Positions 48,001-60,000 of a stretch of DNA of 64,000 nucleotides are shown here, piece by piece (the first letter of the stretch is position 1; each line of letters begins with the position of its first letter). The position numbers were made by a program, and so were the translations under genes. The notes under the pieces were generated by a model. It ran no database searches and had not been told where the DNA came from. It worked only from the letters and a program-made list of their open reading frames with translations. Origin of the DNA: an uncultured Victivallales bacterium (lineage in GTDB: Bacteria; Verrucomicrobiota; Lentisphaeria; Oligosphaerales; JABHEG01); the NCBI GenBank assembly GCA_964607765.1, contig CAZSNT010000021.1:10837-74836 (forward strand). The letters run 5' to 3'.

Positions 48001-51000
48001 GCCGGCCAGTCCACCGTCAAGGGACTCGAACGGGGTGCCGTCGGCCCGGTACATGGTGTCGTCGCCCTCGCGCCCGTACATGAAGTCCAGCCCCGTGCCG
48101 CCGTAGAGCGAGTCGTCGAACGGCCCGCCGAGCATGCGGTTCAGGCCGGTGTCCTCGAGCTCGTAGACGCCGCCGCCGTCGTTGTCGTAGAACACGGTCG
48201 GCACATCCGGGTCGATGTAGATGCCGAACTGGCTCACCAGCTGGAGGGAGACCTGCTTGATCGAGAGCGTAAGCCGGCTGCCGTTGCGCCCCGCTTCGAC
48301 CCGATCGCTCAGCCCGGCGGCGTCCAGAACGTCCGCCAGATCCTGAACCAGATCATCGACGGTGGTGTTGTCAGCAGTAGCAGCCACACTGATGGTGAGT
48401 GCAATCGCATCGCCGCCGCCCACGCGCAGCGAGAAGTGCGCATCGTCCTGGCCGTCGACGCCGGGGAGCTTGCCGTCGACGGGTGCGTCGCCGGAAGCCA
48501 TGATCACGGTCTGGCCCGTGCTCGAGACCGTGTCGAAGTGCAGCACCGTCTCAGCGGGATCGCCGTTCGGCGTGTCAATGGTCAGCCAGACACCGGCGGA
48601 CGTCAGCGTGATCCGGTTGCCTGCGGCTCCGGATTCGAGCTGGTTCCTGCCCGCAACGACCCAGTCACCGATGCCAGCCGCAACCAACGCTGTGTTGACG
48701 TCGGCAACCAGGTCGTCCAGCTCGACGTTGTCGTCTGTCGCGGACTTCGCAACGGTCACGTCCACGGCCGGGTTACCGGAGAGCACGAGCGAGAAGTGAG
48801 CATCCGCGCTGAGCCGGCCGTTGCTCGGTGCATCGGCCGTACCGGTGACCATGGCCACCGCTTCCGGATCGGACATGTCGGTAATCTCGGCGTACAGGCC
48901 GTCCGCCAGGTTCATCTCGGTGATCGCCGGATCGTTGACGCCGCCCACGTTCGGGTCGCGCGACCACGCGTACAAGTAGCTGACGCCCTGGCCACCGATC
49001 AGGTCATCGTTGCCCTGCCCTGCGAACAGGTGGTCCACGTCATCCGGCACACCCATGCCCGGGCCGCCGTCGCCCCAGATCATGTCATCGCCGCCCAGGC
49101 CGTACAGCCAGTCACTGCCTTTGCCGCCGTCGATCCGGTCCCGGCCGCCCGTGCCGCGCAGCGTATCGTTGTCCTCGCCACCGTCCAGCACGGCGATCCA
49201 GTCGTTGCTGCGCTCGGTCAGGGCCGAGACGTCCAGAGCGCTCTGCCCCTCGACAAAGTCGATCGTGTCGTTGCCGGCGAGACCGGAAATGCGGAACTGC
49301 TCGACCATCGGCGTGCCGTTGTCATCACGCCATCCTCCGAGGAGAATCCGTGTCCCCGTGGCGTTCTGGTAGTGAATCCGCATCTGTTCCACGGCGAGCT
49401 GCCCGTCGGGGAAGCCCAGATCCGTCAGCCCGATCGAGCCCTGCTCGCCGCCGCTGAAGTTGCTGATCTTCATCACGCCTGTGCGGCCGGAGCCCGCCGA
49501 TACCAGCGCAATGCTGGTCCCGCGTACGACCGCTTCGGCTTTGCCGGCCAGATCCGAGTTGCCGATCGCTGTGTTGATCTCCGAGACCAAGGCATCTCGT
49601 GTCCCGTTCGCCGTTACCGTAAGGGAGACGCTCTTGCCGTCGAGCGTCAGGTCAAACGTCTGCTTGAAGCTGACCGCGCCCTCGATCGACACGGACGAGA
49701 TGAGTGCCACCTCCTCGGAGATGCGGATCGTGTCGTGGAGCTGCGACGCCTCAATCAGCAGAATATCGGTCGCGTTGTCGTCGAGCACATCGCCCTTGCG
49801 GCTGTTGCCGTAGTGACCGTCAACTGTGTCACCGAACACGCTGTAGGCATCGCTCACGTCCATGGTCATGATGTCGATGCCGCCGCCACCGTAGAGGGTG
49901 TCGTTACCGTCTTGGCCTTCGAGCAGGTCCGTATCGGCGCCGCCCCAGAGCTCGTCGTTGCCGCCGCCGCCCAGCAGCTCGTCCTCGCCGCTGCCGCCGT
50001 ACAGCTTGTCGTTGCCGCCGGTGGTTGCGGCGGAGCCGTTCTCGCCGTAGAGCGGGCCGGCCAGGTGCTCGCCGTGCAGGTAGTCGTTGCCGCTGCCGCC
50101 GTACAGCACGTCACCACGCAGGTTGCCGTAGAGCCGGTCAACACCGGCGCCGCCGTCGAGCAGGTCACCGATCTTGTCCTTCTCGACAGCGGCGTCCGTG
50201 GTAGGAGCGAACGCAAAGAGCACGTCGTTGCCGGAGCCGCCCCAGACGCGCTGCCCGGCCTGGCTGCCGTAGACGCGAGCAGCCTTCGTGCTCTCCGGTG
50301 CTTCAGCCGCGTCGGGATAGAGGAAGTCGCTGCCTTCTTCGCCGTAGAGATGATCGATGCCGGCAAAATTGGTTTCGCCCGCTTCGAACACGGCCTGGGC
50401 CTGGGCTTCGAAGCCGTAGTCGCCGCGGACCTTGTCATTGCCGGCGCCGCCACGCACCACATCGTCGTCGCCGCCGCCGGTCACGAAGTCGTTTGCCGCG
50501 CCGCCGTCCACGTAGTCGTCGCCCTGGTCACCGTTGAGGGCATCAATATCGCCGCCGCCGAAGAGCCAGTCGGTGTCCGCGCCGCCGTAGAGCAAGTCGC
50601 TCCCGTCGTCGACTTGACCCGCCATCGACTGGCCGGCGACAGCCACCGGTGTGAGCAGCGGGGGCTGGTACCCGGTGGGATGGTTCGCCTCGGCCTCGGC
50701 TGCGTAGGGCGGCAGCGTCATCTCCGCCTCGCGCTCAGCTGTGTCGGCCCAGCGGAAATCAGGCTCGAGCTTCGTTTCCAGGCCGCCCCACATCACGTCC
50801 ATGCCGGCCTCGCCGAACAGCAGGTCGTTACCGGTATTCCCAACGATGAGGTCATCGGCCGGGCCGCCGAACATGATGTCGTTGCCAAGCCCGCCGTACA
50901 AGTCGTCGTTGCCGCCGTTGCTGCCGCCCGTCGATTCAATGCCGTCGAACGGGCTGGACACGGCGTAGGTGTCGATGTTCAGAGTCAGCACGGACGGGAA

Positions 51001-54000
51001 GGAGTCGATTTTGGCTGTCTCCACTTCGCCGTTGTCGCCCAGGATCACGTCGACCGCGGCGTCCAGAAGGCCGCCGTGGATGGCGTCGTCGCCCGGGCCG
51101 CCGATCAACACGTCACTGCCGCGGTTGTCCACGTTGATGTCGATGGCGTCGTCGCCGCCGTACTGCAGGTGAAGCGACTCGAGCTTGTCGACCGCAGGCA
51201 GACCAGTGCCGGGCACCAGGCTGCGGTGCACGTAGCCGCAGTCCCCGAACACGAAGTCGGCGCCGTCGCCGGCAAAGATCGTGTCGCCCTGGTCAGGATC
51301 GGGATCGGTCGCCTGATCGAAGCCGTCCGAGCCGCCGAGGATGATATCGGCGCCCTTGCCGCCCCGGAGTGTGTCGGAGCCGCCGTGCTCGGGTGCCGTT
51401 GAGTAGATGTCAAACGCAGTGGTCTGTCCGTCCTCACGGATCACCGCACCGTTGTCGCCCAGGAGGATGTCGTCGCGGCCGTCGTCTGCCCCGTCGTTGT
51501 ACCCGCCGATGATCGTGTCGTGGCCTGTGCCGCCGATGATCGTGTCGCTGCCGACATGGCCAGTGACGTCGATTGAGTCGTCGCCACCGTACGCGGTGTC
51601 GCGGGAGTCCATCCGCACCACAACCTGATTATTGTCGCGCGTGACAAGGGCGCCGTCACCGAACAGGATGTCATTGCCCGCGTCGCCATCAATCGTGTCG
51701 CCGCCCACGTCCTTGGCATCCGTGTCGCCGGTGCCGCCCAGGATGATGTCGTCGCCCGGGCCGCCTGTGATGGTGTCGCGGCCGCCGTACTCGGGCGCCG
51801 TGGTCATGAAGTCGTAGGAATCGCTCGAGCCGACGTCGAAGAACATCATGCCGTTGTCGCCAAGAATCGTGTCCGCCGCGCTGTCCGGGCCGCCGGCGAT
51901 CGTGTCGTGGCCGCGGCCGCCGATGATCGTGTCAGCCCAGCCGTTGCCGGTGAGGTCAATCGAATCGTCGCCGCCGTAAGCCGTGTCCCGCGACTCAATC
52001 TCCGTAATCACCCGACTGTTGTCGCGCGTGATGGTCGCACCGTCGCCGAACAGGATGTCCTTGCCGTCGCCGCCGATGATCGTATCGCCGTCAACGCCGT
52101 AACTGTCGTCGCCGCCCGAGCCGCCCAGGATGATGTCATTGCCGGCACTGCCCTGGATGTCGTCAACGCCGCCCAGGGTCGGCTCGATGGACCAGATATC
52201 GAACGACGCAGCCGTGCCGTCGTCCATCACGACCACGCCGTTGTCACCCAACAACACGTTGACAGCCACGTCGGTCGCACCGCCGCGAATCGTGTCGTCG
52301 CCGTTGCCGCCCAGGATGATGTCCGCGCCCAGAGCCCCGGTCAAGTCAATGCGGTCATCGCCGCCATAGGCCGGGTAGGTCGCCTCAATCCGGGTGACCG
52401 TCCTGCTGTTGTCGCGCGTGATGTAGCCGCTGTCACCCAGAATGATGTCCGCGCCCGCGTAGCCGTCGATCACATCCCCGCCGCCGGCCGCGTGCTCGTC
52501 CGTGCCACCGCAGCCACCAAGGATGATGTCGGCACCGGGACCACCCGCGATCGCGTCCGTGCCGCCGTACGTGGGCTCGGTCGAATACACGTCATACGAG
52601 GCAGCCGTGCCGTCGTTGAAAATGATGACGCCGTTGTCACCGAACAGGATGCTGCCGGACAGGTCGTCCGTGCCTGCGTTCAACGTGTCGTTGCCCGTCC
52701 CGCCCAGGAGCGTATCGACTCCTCCGTGCCCACTGACATCCAACTGGTCGTTGTCACCGTAGGCGGGCGCCGTTGTCTCGATCCGCGTGACGATCCGGCT
52801 GGCATCGCGTGTGATATAGCCGTCGTCACCCAAAATGACGTCCCTGCCCTGATCGCCCTGGAGTGTGTCACCCTCTTTGCCGGCGGTACTGCCGCCCGTG
52901 CCGCCCAGGATGAAGTCGTCGCCCGCACCGCCACGGATCAGGTCGAAGCCACCTTCGTTCGGGTCAGTTGAATAGACGTCGTAAGAAGCCGCGGGATCTG
53001 CCGGGTCGTTGTACACCACGACGCCGTTGTCACCGAGCAGGATGTCTGCGCCGCGGCCGCCCTGGATGTCGTCGTCCTGCGTGCCGCCCAGGACCAGGTC
53101 GTCGCCGTCGCTGCTGACAATCGTATCAGGCCCGCCAATGGCGCCGACATCTTCGCCGTGCCCAATGGTCTTGACACGGATCACGGTGTGCGTGGCATCA
53201 CGGGTGACCCAGCCGCCGTCACCCATGATGACATCGCTCTCCACGCCGCCTGTCAGGACGTCGCCGCCGAAGCCGCCGATCAGGATGTTCCAACCGGCCG
53301 CGCCGCCCACGATGGTGTCCCCTGCCCCGGTGGCCGGGTTGGTGGTGTAAACATCGTTGGAAGCGCTGTTGATGTTGGCGACGCCGTTGTCACCCAGGAT
53401 GATGTTCGTCCCCAGCGGTGAGGTGATGCTGTCACTGCCCGGGCCGCCCATGATGACGTTCGCGCCCGCACCGCCGTCGATGGTGTCCGCGCCGCCCACG
53501 GCGCCATTGGGATCGTCCTGGCCGCCCGTCCGGATCTGCGTCACGACACGGCTCGCGTTGCGCGTGATCCAGCCGCCGTCGCCGAGGATCCAGTCGTCAC
53601 CCACGCCGCCGGTGATCTGGTCCTTGCCGGCACCGCCGATCAGGATATTGGAGCCGTCTGTGCCGCCCGTGATCACGTCACGACCTGCCACCGCGGAGTC
53701 CGTGCTGAACACGTCAGTCGCTTCCGCACTGCCGTCGTCTCGGACGACCACCCCGTTATCACCCAGGATGATGTTGTTGCCGCTGGCTGCGGTCAGTGTA
53801 TCGCCGCCGGCGCCACCCAGGATCACGTCGTCACCCGGTCCGCCGTCCACGACGTCCGCGCCGCCGCCGCTGCCGCTGGTCGACACGCGCTGGACCGTAT
53901 AAGCGGCGTCCCGCACGATCACGCCGAGATCGCCTACGATGATATCGTCGTCTGTCCCGCCGAAGATGGTGTCCGTGCCCAAGCCGCCCAACAACACGTC

Positions 54001-57000
54001 CGCAGCCGTTCCGCCCAAGATCGTGTCGCTGTTATCGTCGCCGTAGATCGTGATGGGGCCAACAGCGCGGGACGCATCGATCAGATCATTGCCGGACTGC
54101 CCGTGCACGACCAAGTTGCGCGGCTCATCCTCCGTCACCAGAACCGTGTCGTTGCCGCCGCCTGCATTGACTTGGGTCACTTCTATCCAAGGCAACGTGT
54201 CACGGATACTGCGTATCTCGATGTTGTCGTCGCCCGTGCCTGTGGAAATGGTGACGCCATTGGAGAACGCCCTGCCCACGGCGTCGTAGACGCTCTGGTA
54301 CCGGCCGCCACTGGCCGTGTAATTGATCCGCACGGGCGCCAGCCCGGTGATGTAAGAGCTCGTGATCAGGACGTTCCGATCAGCGTTCGGATCGCCCGCA
54401 TCGCTCACGACCAACACGTTCTCCGTGCCGCTTCCGGCATCGATATTGAGCAGGCCGGTAACATCGTCCAAGGACACGCCGTCGGAGTAGACGGAGATGG
54501 CGTCGTTTCCACCACGGGTGTAGAGATTCGTGACTGGTGTCGTGCCCTTGATGCGGAACTCGTCGCCTCCCGACCCGAGACGGATATTGAGCGTCTCGGC
54601 GTTGGTGTACGTCATGCCCTTGGTCGGGTCGTTACCGGACATGTCCAGACCGGTGAGCCGCGTGTTTGTCAACACGCCGGCTGCGGCACCGGTATCCGCT
54701 GTGGTGTCGGCCCTGTCGTACACGTTGATCGTGTCTGCGCCGTCCGCAAAGACCTGGTCGAGGCTGACGGCGCGCGTCAGCGGCCTGGGCGCCGTGCGAT
54801 TCACCGGGATAGTGGCGGGGTTCGGCGTCGGCGTGATCGTCTTCTGTCCCTCGTTGTCGTAGTAAAGCAGTCTCCCTTGGTTGTCTCTGATCTGGATGTC
54901 GTCCTCAATGACGTAGCCGTAGTCATTGATCACTGCCACCTGCGCAGCAACAACATCACCCACACCGGGGATGCTCTGAACGAACAGGAACGGGGCAGTG
55001 TATTGGACCCCGCTCTGTGTATTGACGTACACGTGCGGCGCGTTCTGGACGAGATTGACCAGGCCTTGGTCGTTGGTGTCGTACATGTAGTACTCGCTCG
55101 TCTCGTAGACGTGGCGATCAGTGTCGATTGTCAGCGTACCGTTGATGCGGTCGAGTGAATCGACGCTGGACGCAACGTTCACGGTGTCGGAGCCGCCGCC
55201 GGTGTAGATCGTGGTCTCGCCGACGTTCTCCTGCAGGTTGATTGTGTCGTTGCCGCCGCCGGTGATCAGTGTCAGCCCCATGCCGTCCGGTACGTCTTCG
55301 ACAGTGACCCGGTCATTGCCGTCCGGCAGATGCATCTCCAAGTCTTCGAAGCCATCGAGTTCGATCCCGTAGAAGGGCACGGTGTCCAGGCCGGTGCCGG
55401 TAGGCAGCCCTGCCCCTTCGAGTGTCTGGAACGTGTCGTAGAGCAGGTTGCCGTCCTCGTCTTCCTCGTGCTCGAACACGAAGTTGCCCTCGTCGTCTTC
55501 ACCGGTCTGCCCCATGCGCGGCAGTACGCGAGTACGCAGGTAAGCAGGCGCGGACGTGCCTTCCGAGTTGTGGAAGATGAGCTTGTCGCCTTCCTCCTCG
55601 AACTGATCGCCGCCCACAATGGTCAGCTGCCCCCGGATCTCACCCGACACGTCGTAGTTGGCCGGTTCCTTCAGCGCGATCGGCGGCGGATCGACAATCA
55701 CCGGCTCAGGCGTGACCGTCTCGAACCTGGGCTCCCAATGGCCGACCTGGTAGTCGATGCTCAGGTTCTGAATCCAGACACGAACGTAACTGCGCCAGCC
55801 CCACCAACTCCAGCGTCTGTAGGCATGCGCCCAATCATAGTCGATGTCGACGACGCGGAACTCAGGATTGCCCAGCTTCAGACCGCTGCTGATCCAGCTG
55901 ATGTACCTGTCCACAGCCGCGTCGATGTAGCTCTGGTTCGTCCCGTGGAAGTACCCCCAAATGCTCTCCCAGAACGACATCCTGAACTCGAAGTGGGCCC
56001 AGGGGATCGTGATGGAGCGGTCTTCCCAGACCAACTCCGGCGGCAACTGCACGACATAGGAGGGCGGCTGGTACTCGTACTCCGGCGGATCGAACAGCAA
56101 CGGGGGTGGATCGCCACCGATGTGGATGGTGTCGTCACCGGTGCCGCCTACCACACGCGTCTCGAACTGATCGCTGGTGCTGAGGATGTAGATCTGGTCC
56201 GGGCCGCCGGCGCCGTCCACCTCGATCGACTCGATCTCGACGAAGTTCGTGATTCGCCCTGCGCCGGCGATGTACAGATCCGTCACGACAAACACGTCGC
56301 CGATCGGCGTGCCGATGACCACGATGGTGTCGATGCCCGGGCCGCCGTTGATGGCAACGGGCGCGTTCTGCAGGTACTCGTACCGATTCGTGCCGGTGCC
56401 GCCGAACATGGTGGACAGGTTCGTCACCTCGTCCGGATTGTCCGGGTTCTCCTTGAGCACGAGGAACGTCTTGAGCACGAATCGGTCGTTGCCGGCGCCG
56501 CCGTGCAGCCACAGCTTCGCACGGTTGTGGTTTACCTCGTACCGGTCGTTCTGGTCGCCGCCGAGAACGACGGTGATGTTCGAGTTGCCGTTGGTCATCT
56601 TGTCGGTATCGGCGACCGGGATGCCGTCCGGATATTCGGGCGTCTTGTTGCCGGTGTCGGGCTTCATGGGCACAGTGCCGATGACGACTTCATCGTCGCC
56701 GCTGCCCATGTCGATCTGCGTGAACGCGGCCGTGTCGTCGAGCAGGAAGTTGTCGTTGCCGGCACGGCCGAACACGTACAGACGTTCCACCTTGGAGAAC
56801 GAGATAGTATCGTAGCCGACCCCATCCGGATCGCCCACGGTCACCGTGCCGGAGCGTGTGTCGCCGCCGCCCTGCGCCTGCAGCCACATGCGGTCGTCGC
56901 CGCTGGTGCCGCTGATGGTGAGTTCGTCGAAGCCCGATGTGCCGCCCGAATCCGAGATGATGTATGTTGCCCCGCCCGTGCCGGTCGGGTTCAGCAGGTA

Positions 57001-60000
57001 GTATTCGGTGTTGGTCGTGTAGGAGTTCCCGTCGTTGTCGAGGATAACCATGCCGGACCAGCCGTCCACGGCAACCGGCGTGCCGCCCACGTAGATGGTG
57101 CCGTCGCGGTCGCCCACCACCATGAGGTTGTTGCGTTCGCCGCCGTGCAGCTCGGCTTCCTCGAAAATCCCTTTCAGGTCCTCGACGACGGCGTTCTTCG
57201 CATAGTTGTCGCCCGTGTCCCTCAGCGGGTATATGACCGGCGCCGGGAACTTCGCGTACTCTTCGTTGTCCGGATTGCCGTCGTTGTCGCCGTCGTAGCT
57301 CAGGCGATCCTCCTCATCCTGTTCGTCAGTCCGGATGGACTTGAACATGGTGCCGCCATCGTCGCCCAGGATCGTGCCGGTGACGAACTTGCTGTCGAAC
57401 AGCGACATGTCGGTGTCCTGCTCCTCGAGCAAACGGTCCGTGCCGCCCGCGTCAAAGAACTGATCCCAGCCCTCGCCGCCGCCGACCACATCGTTGCCCA
57501 GGCCGCTGTCCAGAACATCGTTGTAAGGCGAGCCCTTCAGTTCGTCGTTGCCCGTGCCGCCGACCAGCGTGACCGCAATCAGATCCTGCGGCAGGATGCT
57601 GTCATCGTTCGGGTCACGCGTTCCGAGGCCGGCGGCATTCAGCACGTCGTTGCCGGCCTTCGCGTCGACGATGACCGCATCGCCTTCGTCGCGCTGGCTG
57701 TTCTGGATCAGGAATTCGTTGACGCCTTCCCGGTTGATGTTCACATCCTGCATCAGCCACACGCCCGCGCTCGGATGCTCCTTCTCCGGGTTGACTGCCG
57801 TGAAGATGAAGCTGTCATTGCCGGACGCGCCCTCGATGCGCAACACGTCGCCGTCGCCGTCGTCGGAGACTACCAGGTGCGGAATCTCCACCTCCACATC
57901 ACCCGTACCATCGCCATCGACATCGTCCCACACGGTGGTTGTGCCGGTCTGCACAATGCTCTGGCCAAAGTCCACGGTCAGCTTCTGCACGCCCGAGCCA
58001 CTGAGGTCGAACGCAGTGATGTCGTCTGCACCGTCGCGGGCATCAACCGTGATCTCTTCGATACTGCGCCCGGTGATGGAGTCTGTGACCGCGCCGTCCT
58101 CGACCCAGGCAACGCGAACCTGGCTGGCTGCAGGGGAGGTGACGTGCAGCATGTCCGCGTCATCCGTGCCGGTCACAACAAAGACGTCCGTGCCGCTGCC
58201 GCCGTCGACGGTGGCGTCGACCGCATCGCCGAAGGTCCAGCGGATCAGATCGTCGTCATTGCCGCCATAGACGGTATCCGCGCCGCCGTTGCCTGTGATG
58301 TCGTCTGAGCCTGACCCGCCGTTCAGTGTGTCATTGCCGGGGCCGCCCACGAGGATGTCGTTCCCGGAGCCGCCTGACAGATTGCTGGTACTGGTGCCCT
58401 TGTGACGCAGCTGATCGTTCCCGGCGCCGCCCACCATGGTCACTGGAACGTCGACCTCGGTGCCGGCCTCCAGATAGTCGTCGCCGTTACCGCCGTCCAG
58501 CAGGACACTGCCCGTGCTCGGATCGCCGTTGTAGATCAAGTAGTCGTCGCCGTCCTGGCCGTAGAACTCAACCGGCGATTTGACCCGCATTCCGTCCTTC
58601 TCGCGCACGGCCACCAAGTCGTTGCCGGACGCGCCGTAGGCCACGATCTTCTTCACGCCGGTGTACTTCTTGCTGTAGCCCATCGTGCTGACACGCACGG
58701 TCTCGCCTTCCGGATAGGTGGGATCGCCGCCCACGTGCTCGATGGTGAACGACTCGTCCACGTCGTCCTCGGCAATACCGCGGCCGTCTCTGTAGTTCGT
58801 GGTGTGGGCCCTGTCGCCCATGTTCAGGTAGAGCGTACCCGTGTTGGCGTCGAGCTCGGCCGGCCGAACCACCGGCGGCAGCTGGATGTAGCCCAACGTA
58901 AACCTCGCGGTCTTCTTGATGGTAATGAAGAGGATCTTGATCTTTGCCGTGACCTTGAACGCCAGCTTGATGCGCGAGCCTGGCCCGCGCGTGGCCGTCA
59001 GCGTGGCGTTGAACGAGACCCCGGCCAATGTGATGCCGAACACCTTCGCCTTAACGCTCGCACTGAGGCTGACACCGAACTGCCTGTCAGTGAGCCAGAC
59101 ACGGAAATTGAAGCCACCGATCAAGCCGAACGAACGGCTGCCGATCACCATGTCGCCGCCCATGCTGATGTCGAAGTGACCGTTCGAATTCAGCCACCCG
59201 TTGGCCCCCAGCGAGCCGACGAAGAAATCCACGTTGGCACTGAAACCGATGGCCCAGTCGCCGGGCATGAGGTTCTGTGTGTAGCTCCCCCAACGGAACT
59301 GGCCCCCGCCTACCTGGACCTTGAACCCGGCGTTCAGCTTGATCACGCCCAGGACCTTCAGCTCGCCGTGCAAGTCCAAGAGGAAGGAGTTGGCTCCGAT
59401 CGTGGTGCCGCCCACCACCTGGCTGCGGGTGCGCGTGTTGACCTGCAGTGTACCGGAAGCGGAGATGCTGAAGATGTTGAAAATACTGACGTCCAACGAA
59501 ACGGCGACCTTGATGACCACGCCATCGTCGTAGACGCCCGCGAACAGATACGCAGACGCATCGATCGGCCCCAGATTGACTGTGACTTGCCCCTCGATCG
59601 AGAAGGAACTGCCGGATGCCCGGATTTCCAGCGAGCCACTCGCTGAAGCGAAGCCGAGGAAGTTGATCGATCCGGCGATGCGTATTCGGACGCCGTCGCC
59701 CACGGTCACCTGTGTGCCGCTGGCAAGAACCACTTGTCTGGAACGCCCGCAGGTGTTCACCTCAAAACCGGCTTCGCCGCTGAAACGGATTCCCTGATCG
59801 CTCCCGAAGCCCGCGTCCAGCTCCAGCGCAACGCGCGCGACAACGCCCTCTCGGTCAACCATCAGATTGCCCGCGGCGTCCAGGTGGCCGAATGGCCCAA
59901 GCTCAAGCGTGCCCTGGAGCGCAAGATCCAGGCCCTCCGTACTGAACTTGAGCCGGAACCATGCCTCGACCACGAACACGCTGGCAATGGTCATCTTGCC

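Noticed and set aside
43501-51402. Longest ORF in the track (plus strand, 2,633 aa), together with similar plus-strand giants at 13648-20328 (2,226 aa), 6445-11727 (1,760 aa), 20488-23685, 55330-58308 and 40675-43356
   Set aside because: Their translations are Arg/Ala/Val/Gly/Asp-rich with no recognisable motifs. All start at coordinates = 1 mod 3, exactly codon-aligned antisense to the minus-strand frame. Over the same nucleotides that minus frame yields RTX, PPC, FG-GAP, PA14, P-domain and other sequences. They are shadow ORFs of a GC3-rich gene.
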